Positions 7,774 through 17,636 of a stretch of 57,565 nucleotides of DNA are shown piece after piece. A program made the translations under genes and the position numbers. Origin of the DNA: a virus (lineage: Duplodnaviria > Caudoviricetes); IMG/VR virus record IMGVR_UViG_3300045170_000116, positions 1-57,565 of that record, one strand, 5' to 3'. Each line of letters starts with the position of its first letter. Positions within the stretch are counted from its first letter, which is position 1. The notes beneath the pieces are model-generated. The model did no database searches, was not told the origin of the DNA, and saw only the letters and a program-made list of their open reading frames with translations.

Positions 7774-8612
7774 GGCGCTTGCACCATAACCACAGGATCT
7801 CCAAGGAAGGTGCCGTCGTAGCTGCCCGCGGGCCCGTAGTTCGGCGTCCCGCCGCCGAACGCAACCCTAAAGCTCGCTGGAACAATGTCGCGGATGGAGC
7901 CACCTGCGCCCACCGAGCGTGGTGCCCCGTTCTGAAGGTCAATTGTCCGGCCGAGGGGGATGCCGAACGGGCTACCGCCCGAGACCACCTGTAGATAACG
8001 GCGATCCGACCTGAACTTTTCAAAGCCCATGCGGACCAGACCGCTGACAGGATTGAAATCATAAAGCACCGTGCCCGTGGGAGGTGGCGGCTGCTTGAGC
8101 ACCACGAGCGAGTAATTTGCAGTCAGTCCACCCATGGCGTTTGAAGTCTGTATCCCAGTCTCATAAAGCCTGATCTGGGTTGCCGTGGCATAGGCGGTGA
8201 CGCTTCGAGCCCGACCGTCCGCGCTATCGAATTGGATAGGAAAGCCGGGGTGCACGGTGGTTGCGCCGAACACGCAGAAGAAATCGGGCACATAGCCCAA
8301 ATTGTGCTGCAGCATCAGATGATCGACCATATGTGAGCCATACACCCGACTGCCGTTGACCCCGGCTACACCGCCGCCGCTACCAGACCCCGCTGGTATG
8401 GTCGGATGGGTAATCGACACACTCTGAGGGCCGATCGCCACTTCCATCGGATCAAGGTCCGAATGGAAGAAGACGTGCTGCAGGTTGTTTGCCGGATCCG
8501 CGAGCGGCGCATTGCACGGGGCGGAAGGACTATCGGGGTCGCCAACACTGGTCGGCACCTCATAAATCGCAACCCGCCCGCTCGCAGGATCGAGAAACCG
8601 ACGAATGGTCAT
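7770..8612 (-). CDS. Minor tail protein
   Basis: ATGA-coupled in tail operon. Confidence 0.65.
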   Translation of the reverse strand: MTIRRFLDPASGRVAIYEVPTSVGDPDSPSAPCNAPLADPANNLQHVFFHSDLDPMEVAIGPQSVSITHPTIPAGSGSGGGVAGVNGSRVYGSHMVDHLMLQHNLGYVPDFFCVFGATTVHPGFPIQFDSADGRARSVTAYATATQIRLYETGIQTSNAMGGLTANYSLVVLKQPPPPTGTVLYDFNPVSGLVRMGFEKFRSDRRYLQVVSGGSPFGIPLGRTIDLQNGAPRSVGAGGSIRDIVPASFRVAFGGGTPNYGPAGSYDGTFLGDPVVMVQAP

Positions 8613-11095
8613 ACAGCGTCATTCCTCATTGCACCTGTGACCCAGTTGATCATCACTGCATTGTTGGCGGAGCGTTGCACACCGTCCTCATCGAGGATGA
8701 CCAGCGGAACCCCGCCCGATGTGAAGAACACCGTCTGGCCAGCCATGAAGCCAATGCGACCGGGCTTGGTGGGGTCTTCCGGCAGGTCGAGGAACATGTT
8801 CACCTGACGCTCGGCCCCGCCTGTCTCGCGAAGCTGGATAACGTAGCGAGCCGAAAACCCTGACGGCGCCGCCGAGACATCCCAGCGGACATTGATCTCG
8901 GCCGAACTGCCCCCCATTGCCGCGCGCAACTGCTGGATGGCAATGCCGAGCGCGCTGTCCCCTTCGGGATCCAGGGCAACCTCGATGATCTCGGTGAAGC
9001 TGGCCTGTAGTCCTTCCAACTCGACCTGCACTTCCCGAAACAGGCTTTCCCGCTTGGTGAAGTTCTCTCGGTCAACTTCTTCGAGCAACGTGCCGATGCG
9101 CTTGTAGGCCTCGATCAACCGCCGGTTTGTGCCGATCTGCGCGATCACGTCCTTCGCAAGATTGGAAATATCGACGACATCGGGCGACAGCTTCACGTTC
9201 GCGATCGTCACCGGCATCCATGCGCTGGCGACAGTTGGCCGGCCCGAATACGGCAGGTATTCAAGCTGCACTTCAAGCACCTGGCCACTGAGTTCGATGG
9301 ACACAGGAATACGGGCCGCACCCGTCAATAGATCTGGCTTGGGCACAAGGACTGTGTAAGGCAGCGTGCCGTCCGGTCGCTGATGCGAGACGCGGACGAA
9401 CTGCACGTCTACAGCCACAGATGGAGCCGACCAGAAGACATCGTATGCCAGCGTTCCCGGCACAGGAACAACCGACGGGCCCGATACCTCCTGCGGCGCC
9501 GGCCGAATCGTGACCATCGGGGCGACGGCATATGGCCGTTCATCACTCCCCGGAGACCAGTCATAGTCCTCAGGATCGTTCTCGCGCAGACTGGCGAACT
9601 GGATCAGGTCGGACCCGCCCCCGATCTCGTCGACTTCGAACTCCTTCGCAACATAACCAGCCTCGGCCGACGTCCACGACACGGTATCGAGAGCTTCGAT
9701 CAGCCAGGCGATCGGCGGCAGATAAAGCGCGTGGGTATCGAAGCGCCGGCTATTCTTCAGCGCCGCCTGCACCAGCCGTTGGCCGGTCGTGTTTGAATGC
9801 GTCCACGGTAGATCGAACGGCATGGGCAAGGTCCGGCCACGATCCGACGCGACCAGGACAGAATCCTTGTATTGCGGGCCCGGCTTGTTCGCCCAGCGCT
9901 CGACGGGCTCCGAATAGGTCCAGTTGACCGTGTTGAAGGTCTCGCCGATACCCTTGAACGGTGCCCAGCCGTGTTCGCGCGTGACGACGATATCCTCGTC
10001 GGTGAAATGCATCACCGGAACGCCGGGCGCGCCGACGCGGATCTTGTAGATGCCGCCGCCTTCCGCGATCTTGGCCGATGCCGACTTCATCAGTTCGTTG
10101 AGGACGGAGGCAGCATCGATCTCCGACACGTCCACTATGCCGCCGCCGTGAAACTGCGGCTCGGTGCCGCCTTCCTTCAGTGCGATAGCAAGGTCACAGG
10201 CATTCATCGCCGCCATCCACGAAGCGGCCGGCAGGCGGAACGCGGGCCAGTTCTGGCCGCCAAAGACCCACTCGCCGCCATAGCTGATGCCTCGGGCGAC
10301 ATTGTAGGCCTGCACCATCAGGTTCGAGGACGGCTCATAGGTCGAATAATCGCCCCAGCGATGGCCACCGACGCCGCCAGCAGTCGAATCCTTGCGGAGG
10401 TCGTACTGCAGGATGGAGTCGGGCTCAGCGAGCACACGCGCAGGGCTGGAAAGCAAATCCTGATCATCCGGACCAGGGCGGCGCGTGGTGACAATGAAAT
10501 AGGCCACACCGCGCCCGACCATGTCATCGCCATAGGGATAGACCGGATGGCCGCCGAACTTCGCGCGCAGATAAGGATCAGTGCTCAGTTGCACGCCGCG
10601 GTAGTGCTTGATCCAGACATGATCAACGCCGTTGCGGCGGAAATCGAGCACTGGATAGCCGAGGGTAGCATCATAGGCACCGAATACGGCGCGCTGATCA
10701 TTCACCCAGAAGCCCTTCCAACCGGCAATGGGGAGATCGGATGCTGCGAAGGCCTCGACAAAGTAGGCGTTCGGCGCCTCCCCAGGATTTCCCCACGAAC
10801 CGTGATAGAATTTCGTACCCGAGGTAGCAGAAGGCCCGAGCGGGAACGAAAATGGCCCATCGCCGCCAAGCCGTACATTGAGTTGCGTGCCGTTGGTGCG
10901 CTGCGCCTGTTTCGAGCCGAACAGACCCTTGATCACCCCACCAATCAGCATCGAGCCGATGCCGACGACGATGCCACCAAGCGGCGTGGCCATGAAGGCG
11001 GCAATACCGGCGACGATCGGGCCCGCATGGGCAGGCGCTGTCGCCGCCAGCAGCAACGCTGTGGCGTGGAAAAGAACCAGGGCTAGTCTGATCAT
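8609..11095 (-). CDS. Tail tip/host-specificity (gpJ-like) protein
   Basis: 828 aa, YDLRKDSTAGG and WMAAMNACD motifs typical of alphaproteobacterial tail-tip proteins. Confidence 0.85.
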   Translation of the reverse strand: MIRLALVLFHATALLLAATAPAHAGPIVAGIAAFMATPLGGIVVGIGSMLIGGVIKGLFGSKQAQRTNGTQLNVRLGGDGPFSFPLGPSATSGTKFYHGSWGNPGEAPNAYFVEAFAASDLPIAGWKGFWVNDQRAVFGAYDATLGYPVLDFRRNGVDHVWIKHYRGVQLSTDPYLRAKFGGHPVYPYGDDMVGRGVAYFIVTTRRPGPDDQDLLSSPARVLAEPDSILQYDLRKDSTAGGVGGHRWGDYSTYEPSSNLMVQAYNVARGISYGGEWVFGGQNWPAFRLPAASWMAAMNACDLAIALKEGGTEPQFHGGGIVDVSEIDAASVLNELMKSASAKIAEGGGIYKIRVGAPGVPVMHFTDEDIVVTREHGWAPFKGIGETFNTVNWTYSEPVERWANKPGPQYKDSVLVASDRGRTLPMPFDLPWTHSNTTGQRLVQAALKNSRRFDTHALYLPPIAWLIEALDTVSWTSAEAGYVAKEFEVDEIGGGSDLIQFASLRENDPEDYDWSPGSDERPYAVAPMVTIRPAPQEVSGPSVVPVPGTLAYDVFWSAPSVAVDVQFVRVSHQRPDGTLPYTVLVPKPDLLTGAARIPVSIELSGQVLEVQLEYLPYSGRPTVASAWMPVTIANVKLSPDVVDISNLAKDVIAQIGTNRRLIEAYKRIGTLLEEVDRENFTKRESLFREVQVELEGLQASFTEIIEVALDPEGDSALGIAIQQLRAAMGGSSAEINVRWDVSAAPSGFSARYVIQLRETGGAERQVNMFLDLPEDPTKPGRIGFMAGQTVFFTSGGVPLVILDEDGVQRSANNAVMINWVTGAMRNDAV

Positions 11096-11541
11096 CAGCT
11101 CGTCAGTCTCTCGCCAACGGCAAAGGCCCGGTCGGCATCCAGCAGGTTGAGGACACGAACACCATCCTCCCCACGGACGAGGATGGTTTCGCCATTGACG
11201 ATGCCCAGAGCGAAGCCAAAAGCGTCGTCTGTCTTGATGGCGGCGATATCGCCAATGACGGCGCGACTGGGGTGGATTTCAGGAAGGAACCGAGCCACCA
11301 AATCAGCAAGGTTCTCGACCTTTTGGCCACGCAGAAACGCCAATGCGCCCTGCGCGGTCTTGTAGCGGGGCTTGAGCCCAGCGGCGGGGTTCTGGCCGGT
11401 CACAGCCAACACCGCCCGTCCTGCCCAGTCGAGGCCGCAATCGCTCGCGCCCCAGACCAGTGGCGCGCGGCGTACTTCTTCAACGGCCCGGATCAGGCGG
11501 CTATGCCAGTCCGGCAGCCGTTTCAATGTCACTGGCCCCAT
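11095..11541 (-). CDS. NlpC/P60-like tail-associated protein (DUF6950-like)
   Basis: WGASDC motif, GDIA motif, tail position. Confidence 0.75.
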   Translation of the reverse strand: MGPVTLKRLPDWHSRLIRAVEEVRRAPLVWGASDCGLDWAGRAVLAVTGQNPAAGLKPRYKTAQGALAFLRGQKVENLADLVARFLPEIHPSRAVIGDIAAIKTDDAFGFALGIVNGETILVRGEDGVRVLNLLDADRAFAVGERLTS

Positions 11542-12146
11542 GGCACGTTCACCTCGCTGATGATGCTGAGATACTTGTAGAGGCCGTCGCCGCTGCGCTG
11601 GTTCTGCACCACATGGGCCCGGCGAAGCGGGTTGATGTTCGTCAGTTCGACCGAATGGCTGAGACAGCTGAGCGTTACGCCGCCCTCGGACCCCGGCGCG
11701 GGCCGGACATCGTTCGGCTCGTTGATGAAACCCATGTAGTCAACGACCGGATTGGCCGCGAAGAGGTGCGAGGCTGGGTCGAGGATGCCGACGTGGAACT
11801 CGATCGGCGCCATGCGCAGATCATACCCGCGCACCATCAACTCGACCTCTGGATGGGCCATGGACAAGGTGATGGTCTTGTTCTTGTATTCGAGCCCGCT
11901 GCGACGCGTAGTCTTGCCCACGCGGATGATCGACCCGTCGCCGACAAAATCACGGCTGACGACTGCGCCGGTTTCGCCGCTCACCACATTGATCGCGTAG
12001 GTGTCGAGGCCCGACCAGAAGCAGAACATTCGCTCAGCGCCGGTCGAGCGATGCTTGCCGACGATCGACACAAGGTCGCGTTGGATTATGCCGTTTCGTG
12101 GCGCATTGGCCAGGAAGTCGGCGGTGACGTTATCAACGCTGCGCAT
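11529..12146 (-). CDS. Minor tail/hub protein
   Basis: FWSG and C-terminal VPWG motifs; tail position. Confidence 0.7.
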   Translation of the reverse strand: MRSVDNVTADFLANAPRNGIIQRDLVSIVGKHRSTGAERMFCFWSGLDTYAINVVSGETGAVVSRDFVGDGSIIRVGKTTRRSGLEYKNKTITLSMAHPEVELMVRGYDLRMAPIEFHVGILDPASHLFAANPVVDYMGFINEPNDVRPAPGSEGGVTLSCLSHSVELTNINPLRRAHVVQNQRSGDGLYKYLSIISEVNVPWGQ

Positions 12147-12796
12147 CAGACGACCTTCTCGATGAACTCGATGCTCATGCCGTCATGAAAGACGGCGCGC
12201 GATGTGCCGGCGCTATGGGCCACGCGCATCATCTTCAGGGCTGGTTTCTTGAGGTTCACCACAGCCGCAGTCGTTACCGCCGGACGCACATGTTGGTAAA
12301 CAGCGAGAGCCGCCATCACCCCTGCCCCGTTTGCCGTGCCGAATTCGCTGACCTCAACTATCTGCCTGCGGAGCGGGTCGCCGCCGTATTGGAGTTCGAT
12401 CTTGTCGCCTGGGCGAAGCTGGTAATTGGCAGGAAAGCCTGAGAGCGCCAAGGTGTCGCGATTGGCACCAATGACTGTGATCGCGACGGCGTTGGCCCCG
12501 AGGATAGTCCCGTCTGGGTCGTAAGCCGGGTATCGGGCGATCGGGTCGTAGACCAAAGCGAAGCGACCAACCGGCACCAGCGAGTTCAGCAGTGCCCGCG
12601 TTTGCCGAGCACCGCCATAATAGTCCGTGGCGATCGTGAGCTTTGCGGTCCAAAGGTCCGGGGCCACGTCCGTTTGGAGTATTTGCCCCGACCCCTGCCC
12701 ATCGATCTGCCGAGATTCCCGTACCGACCAGTCGAAATCGGTTATCCGTAGCTTGTCCATGAAGTCGGCAAGCGGACGGGGATTTAGAAGGGTCAT
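12146..12796 (-). CDS. Distal tail protein
   Basis: Immediately after tape measure with ATGA overlap. Confidence 0.7.
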   Translation of the reverse strand: MTLLNPRPLADFMDKLRITDFDWSVRESRQIDGQGSGQILQTDVAPDLWTAKLTIATDYYGGARQTRALLNSLVPVGRFALVYDPIARYPAYDPDGTILGANAVAITVIGANRDTLALSGFPANYQLRPGDKIELQYGGDPLRRQIVEVSEFGTANGAGVMAALAVYQHVRPAVTTAAVVNLKKPALKMMRVAHSAGTSRAVFHDGMSIEFIEKVV

Positions 12797-15237
12797 CCAG
12801 TGTACCCCTTCCAACGATTGCTGCCGATATCTCGGATGCGGTTCGCCATGCCGTCGTTGTAGGAGTTCACGCGGATATCGGCTTCTTCACCGGCGACCTG
12901 ACGAACAAGCGGGACGATGTTGCCGCCCTCATCCACTGAGATCGAGACTTCGATCTGCACCTTCTGCGGGGCATTTGAGTTTGCGGCCATGGCCATGGAC
13001 TGCTGGTGAGGATAGACCTGCGACCCGCGCGGAAGGTTTACCAGTTCGGGACCACGTTCCCCCACCCAGGCCAGCCCGCCGGGCGCAGAGCTCGTTCCGT
13101 TGGCAAAGCCCGGAATGCCGAAGATGCCAGGGCGCCCAAAGCCTCCCGCAACGCCCCAGCCGCCACCGAGGCTATTGCCGCCACGTCCTCCCATGATCCC
13201 ACCAAAGATCATGTCCCAAATGCCCATCGCGGCATTCTCGAGGGCCTTGTCAGCGATTTTCTGGAGCGCATTCGCACCGGCGAGGCCAATCCCTTCCCAA
13301 ACCGATCGGGCCACATCACCGATATTCTGCCACTCGCTGGCCTGCTCACGGAGGTGATTGGTGACGTCGGAGAAGAAGCCAGTTGTAAGCCCTGCCCCCA
13401 AATTGTAGATCTCGGTGACGCGGCGAGTTGCCTCTTCGACGGCCGCCATCTGGGCAGCAAGGTCCATAAGCTCATTTTTCTGGCCGCCGGACAGCTTGAT
13501 ATTGTCGTTGGCGGCCCGATTGAGCAGATCCTGTTCATGGCGCATTCGGGACGCCGCTTCCGAGGTCACGAACAATGCCCGCTGCTCCAACTCCTGAGCT
13601 GCGATGTATTGCTGCGACTCCCTGACCAGATCGCGGTAGGCGTCCCGTAGCTTTTCCTGCTCGCGCGCACCCTTGCGGCCTGACCGTTCGTTCGCAACGG
13701 CTTCAGCGGCGTTGATGCTCCCTAGGACGCGCTCATAGTCGTTCGCAAGCGCAGTGAGCTCGCTCATGCTCTGGGCGCTCTCCTGTGCGGCCTGAGAGCG
13801 CAGTTTCAGTTCTTCGCGCGCACGGGTGAACTGGTCGCGAGGATCCATATAGAGCGAGTTGATATCCGCCATAGCGTCGGCGAAGACGTTCGACATGGAG
13901 ATGCGGATTTGGATGTCGCGATCGAGCGCATCAAGTGCCGCTCCTGTTGCCAGAGCCTCGCTCTTCAAGCCAAGAAGCTGCGTGATAAGGACGCCGGCAT
14001 CACTGGCCATGTCTTTCAACCCGTCGTCATCAGTGGAGTTGAAAAGTTCTTGCGCCGCAGTAGCGGCCGCGTCCAATTGGGCGCGGGTGGAGCTAGCGTC
14101 AACTCCAAGCGTCCGCAACATTTCGATCTGCTTGATGGCCTGATCGACGGCGGGGGCCTCCTCGCCGGTGGACTGACTGATGCTGCGAATTTGTTCGAAG
14201 AACGAAATGCTTTCGGCCAGGGCAATATTGTTCCGAGTTATTCGATCATTCAAATCCTTCGCTGCCTTTTCCTGCTCGCGCAGACTGGCGTTGAGGTCCG
14301 ACATGACCACGCCCTGCGGCAACTTCGCGGCAGCCTCGAAAACCGAAGCCACGATGCCCTTGGCGCGCGCATAACCGGTAAGTACGCGCTCAAACTTCTC
14401 CTGATTGGATTCGAGCGCCTGTGTTGCCTTGTCTGCCTCACCACCCATGTTCATGAACGCCTGAACGCCGGCAGCGCCAAGGCCGATGGTCAAGATCGTG
14501 GCGACGTTGAGCGGGTTCAGCATCATGCCGATGGCGCTCGTGAGGCCCTGAACAATGGCCTTGCCGCCGCCCATCTGCGAGAAAATGCCGCCGACCTGCA
14601 AACCTTGCTGGAGCGCCAGGGTCTTCGGGTCTTGCCCGAGCAGCGCCATCATGGCGATGTCCTGACCTTGGTACATCAGGTTGACTGCGTTGGCCCTCTG
14701 CGCGCCGCTTGCCCTGGATGCAGCATTGTTGTTCTGCATGGCCGCAGTGTTGGTGTTGATCGCCGCAGTTGCCGCTTCGTATGCCGATTGCTCTCGCATG
14801 AGGGCATCCGTCGCCTCACGTGACGAAATCGCGCCCACGCGCTGCGCATGGCTGATTTCATCGGTAACAGCCCTGAATCGCTGCTGGGCTGCGAACATCG
14901 GATTAAACTTCGCGCGCAGATCATCCATCTCCCGGCCGTAAGCCTTAATGTCATCCGCCCGAAGGTCCGTCATCGACAGCTTTGCCATGTGCTGAGTGAT
15001 GTGCTGGGCCTGCATCGCTGCGCGTGCGGCGATAGCGTCAAAGCCCCTTAGGTTGGTCGTGGCTTGAGCGACGGTTGCGGCGTAGTCGCGCGCCTCCTTG
15101 TTGCCCTTGGCATGAAACAGCTTTCCGGCCGCAATTTCCGCGCGCTGCGCCGAGGCCGAGAACTTATCGAGCTCGCTTGTTGTGGCGGTGACACTGCCGT
15201 CACGACGCACCGAGACGCCAAGGCTTGCGAAGTCCAT
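12793..15237 (-). CDS. Tape measure protein
   Basis: Ala-rich helical 814 aa, QGQDI..LQQGLQV lambda-TMP-like motif, VGERGPEL motif. Confidence 0.92.
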   Translation of the reverse strand: MDFASLGVSVRRDGSVTATTSELDKFSASAQRAEIAAGKLFHAKGNKEARDYAATVAQATTNLRGFDAIAARAAMQAQHITQHMAKLSMTDLRADDIKAYGREMDDLRAKFNPMFAAQQRFRAVTDEISHAQRVGAISSREATDALMREQSAYEAATAAINTNTAAMQNNNAASRASGAQRANAVNLMYQGQDIAMMALLGQDPKTLALQQGLQVGGIFSQMGGGKAIVQGLTSAIGMMLNPLNVATILTIGLGAAGVQAFMNMGGEADKATQALESNQEKFERVLTGYARAKGIVASVFEAAAKLPQGVVMSDLNASLREQEKAAKDLNDRITRNNIALAESISFFEQIRSISQSTGEEAPAVDQAIKQIEMLRTLGVDASSTRAQLDAAATAAQELFNSTDDDGLKDMASDAGVLITQLLGLKSEALATGAALDALDRDIQIRISMSNVFADAMADINSLYMDPRDQFTRAREELKLRSQAAQESAQSMSELTALANDYERVLGSINAAEAVANERSGRKGAREQEKLRDAYRDLVRESQQYIAAQELEQRALFVTSEAASRMRHEQDLLNRAANDNIKLSGGQKNELMDLAAQMAAVEEATRRVTEIYNLGAGLTTGFFSDVTNHLREQASEWQNIGDVARSVWEGIGLAGANALQKIADKALENAAMGIWDMIFGGIMGGRGGNSLGGGWGVAGGFGRPGIFGIPGFANGTSSAPGGLAWVGERGPELVNLPRGSQVYPHQQSMAMAANSNAPQKVQIEVSISVDEGGNIVPLVRQVAGEEADIRVNSYNDGMANRIRDIGSNRWKGYTG

Positions 15238-15294
15238 GGGTTGCCTGCCTTTCGGGGCATGGGGTAGCGTCCCCCACGAACACGGGGGGGCAAC

Positions 15295-15633
15295 ATGCCA
15301 AAAATTTCGATGATTGCATGCGCTGCAATTTTTGCGAGCTTGCTGGGAACTTACGCACCACTGGCGGCGGAACAGAAGGACCCTGTGGCCTTCTGTGGGA
15401 CCATGGGTGAGCTGGCTGAGGCCATCATGACAATTCGCCAATCAGGCGTGCCAATGTCGAAGGCTATGGGTGTCGCCACAGCGAGTGACAAACTGGCCGA
15501 AGTAGCTTCCAAACTTATTCTGGAGGCTTACGACAAACCGCAGTACAGCGCGGCTGAAAATCGACAGGACGCCGCATCGAGATTCCGAAATGACTTCGAG
15601 GTCGAGTGCTTCAAAAGCATGATGTCTAATTGA
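15295..15633 (+). CDS. Secreted hypothetical protein (moron)
   Basis: Signal peptide, Cys pair, followed by hairpin terminator 15637-15658. Confidence 0.7.
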   Translation: MPKISMIACAAIFASLLGTYAPLAAEQKDPVAFCGTMGELAEAIMTIRQSGVPMSKAMGVATASDKLAEVASKLILEAYDKPQYSAAENRQDAASRFRNDFEVECFKSMMSN

Positions 15634-15662
15634 GATAGAGCGCCCCGTAGGGCGCTCCTATT

Positions 15663-15995
15663 TCATGCGGCCTCGATCACCTTGCCGATCACCACACAGG
15701 CAACTGATGCTCGACCATCTTTCGCCTCAGGATGGTCAGTGATGTCGTAGTAAGCGCCGCGCGGTCCCGTGCACCAGAATTTCAGGCCGTTCCAGGGCTT
15801 CTCAATCCCAATTGACCCATCGCCACGAACGACAACACATGATTCCTTGCCGTTTAGGTGCTTGAAGTTCAGCTCGATCAAGACGATTTCGCCATCAATG
15901 GTAATTGCGCCGGCCGCGGGAGACGCTGGCTGGAACTCGTTGGTGTGAGAACGGCGAAGCGGAAGGTTTCTTTCGGTTGCGAGGGCGCCCATCAT
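15663..15995 (-). CDS. Hypothetical protein
   Basis: ATGA-coupled to KilA-N gene. Confidence 0.6.
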   Translation of the reverse strand: MMGALATERNLPLRRSHTNEFQPASPAAGAITIDGEIVLIELNFKHLNGKESCVVVRGDGSIGIEKPWNGLKFWCTGPRGAYYDITDHPEAKDGRASVACVVIGKVIEAA

Positions 15996-16804
15996 GCCGC
16001 CCTCTTGTCGAGGTACGCGCGCAGGCGAGTGGTAACTTCCGGCTCGTGCTTTGGCGCCGTCAGCCGAAGTGCCTTCTGCCCAGTCTTTTCGTCCACCCAG
16101 CGCTTGATGAGTCCGCGACCTTCAAGATCGAGCCATTCACGCGCAGCATGGGTCGGAAAAACCATCGCCCGGACCCGTCCGAGACGCGTAACCGGAACAG
16201 TGATGTTCCGGACGGCGCAGAAGCGCACCATATGCGCCGACACCTTCGAAGAGATACCACGCGGATATTTTTCGCTCACGCCCGACAGGTGGCAGACTTC
16301 GCCAGAGGTAAGGCCGTCTGCAATGCTGAGATTGTGTTCTGCGACATAGCCCGCGACGAGTTGCGGCATGACTTCCGTAAGCTGCGAGTGGACCACGCTC
16401 TTGACGATGCCGCCGAAGACCTTGCGAACTTCGTCATCCATGACCATCGGCGCGGCCACGACAGGCTTGCCCTCCATGCGCTCCCGCACCACCTGATTGC
16501 ACCACATGTGGAAGTCGTGGTTCAGGTACTTGGCATAGGCCAAACCAACCTGCCAGTGAGCAAAAGTTCCAGGCGACCTACCACCATTGGCAACGCGGAA
16601 AAGTTCACTGTCGGATTTTCCGATAGTGAGTTCGACGTGCTCAACGAAGGACTTTGTGCTTGGGAGCGCACGCCATTTTGCTGGCGCCTGCTGCGAGTCG
16701 CTGCCCGAGGCCTTCCACATGTCAGTGAGGGAAAGCATGTCGCCCTTGTCGCGGATAATCTCGCCCTTGTACACAAGCGGGGTAGTCGTGATAGAATTGT
16801 TCAT
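15992..16804 (-). CDS. KilA-N domain protein (antirepressor-like)
   Basis: LSLTDMWKASG...GTFAHWQVGLAYAKYL KilA-N motif. Confidence 0.88.
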   Translation of the reverse strand: MNNSITTTPLVYKGEIIRDKGDMLSLTDMWKASGSDSQQAPAKWRALPSTKSFVEHVELTIGKSDSELFRVANGGRSPGTFAHWQVGLAYAKYLNHDFHMWCNQVVRERMEGKPVVAAPMVMDDEVRKVFGGIVKSVVHSQLTEVMPQLVAGYVAEHNLSIADGLTSGEVCHLSGVSEKYPRGISSKVSAHMVRFCAVRNITVPVTRLGRVRAMVFPTHAAREWLDLEGRGLIKRWVDEKTGQKALRLTAPKHEPEVTTRLRAYLDKRAA

Positions 16805-16815
16805 CCGATGGCTCC

Positions 16816-17043
16816 CTATAAGCCGTTGGTGGAATTGGAGCCCTGCAAGGCCCTGGTTCTGGTGACAGCGACGGGGGCTGTGTCGGCAAAACCTTCCCCC
16901 GTCGCTGCCTGCATCCGCACACGTATGAGGCGGATTATCTCGTCATTTTGAGACGTGAAATTCTTCTTAGCCTGCTCAACCACCCAAGCGTGCAGCTCTT
17001 GCGGCAACCTCAGTGTGAGACTCGACCTACGCTCGTGTTTCAT
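16816..17043 (-). CDS. Arc-family ribbon-helix-helix repressor
   Basis: LTLRLPQELHAWV..A..NFTSQNDEII. Confidence 0.85.
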   Translation of the reverse strand: MKHERRSSLTLRLPQELHAWVVEQAKKNFTSQNDEIIRLIRVRMQAATGEGFADTAPVAVTRTRALQGSNSTNGL

Positions 17044-17056
17044 GTACCTCTCGCTT

Positions 17057-17122
17057 TGACGTCTGATTGACGCCACGAGATTAACAGACGTCATTATGAC
17101 GTCAAGCACCAAAATGACGTCA
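17057..17122. promoter_or_regulatory. Operator cluster of TGACGTCA-like palindromes
   Basis: TGACGTCT 17057, TGACGCCA 17068, AGACGTCA 17086, TGACGTCA 17097 and 17115 between divergent Arc genes. Confidence 0.7.
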
Positions 17123-17123
17123 A

Positions 17124-17582
17124 ATGAACAAAGATGCAGAAGTCGTTCGTACCAGCCTTCGTTTGCACAAGCCGCTCTATGACCGGCTGTCCGCATCCGC
17201 TGAGGAGCATGGCATGACAATGCATGCCGAAATTTTGGCGAGGCTTGAGGACTCGTTCGCGGCAAATCGAGGAGCGGCGGAGGCTCTGGATCTGGCGCTG
17301 AAAACCCTTGAGCAGCAGAACGCCGAAAGTCGCAGAGTACTTTTGGAAGAGCGCGCAATGCTCTCCCAGGTGAAACTGATGCGTCACCTCCTAGATCAAG
17401 TTGCCCTTTCGCGTGGCGTTCTCGACAAAGATCTCTGGATCACAATCGCAATGCTAAGCGGTCGAGACATAGAAGGCGCCGAGCCTGAAGGCGATCTGGC
17501 AACCCTGTTACAAGCGACAGTTGATGCGATCGACGCAGCCGAAGAGGCAAAAGACGACGCCGCCCCTCCAAAGGGCGACTGA
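17124..17582 (+). CDS. Arc/Mnt-family repressor
   Basis: TSLRLHKPLYDRL..SA....TMHAEILARLE. Confidence 0.82.
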   Translation: MNKDAEVVRTSLRLHKPLYDRLSASAEEHGMTMHAEILARLEDSFAANRGAAEALDLALKTLEQQNAESRRVLLEERAMLSQVKLMRHLLDQVALSRGVLDKDLWITIAMLSGRDIEGAEPEGDLATLLQATVDAIDAAEEAKDDAAPPKGD

Positions 17583-17636
17583 CTCGACTCCCTCAGCCCA
17601 TTTTGCTTTGATCCCCTGGCGAGTTGGGGGGCTCAA

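Noticed and set aside
9872-11086. Long plus-strand ORFs opposite structural genes (also 13909-14823, 23250-24350, 27311-28417, 44666-45775)
   Set aside because: Antisense shadows of high-GC coding genes with no motifs or RBS
5025-11095. Diversity-generating retroelement or invertible tail-fibre cassette
   Set aside because: No reverse transcriptase, invertase or TR/VR repeat pair seen
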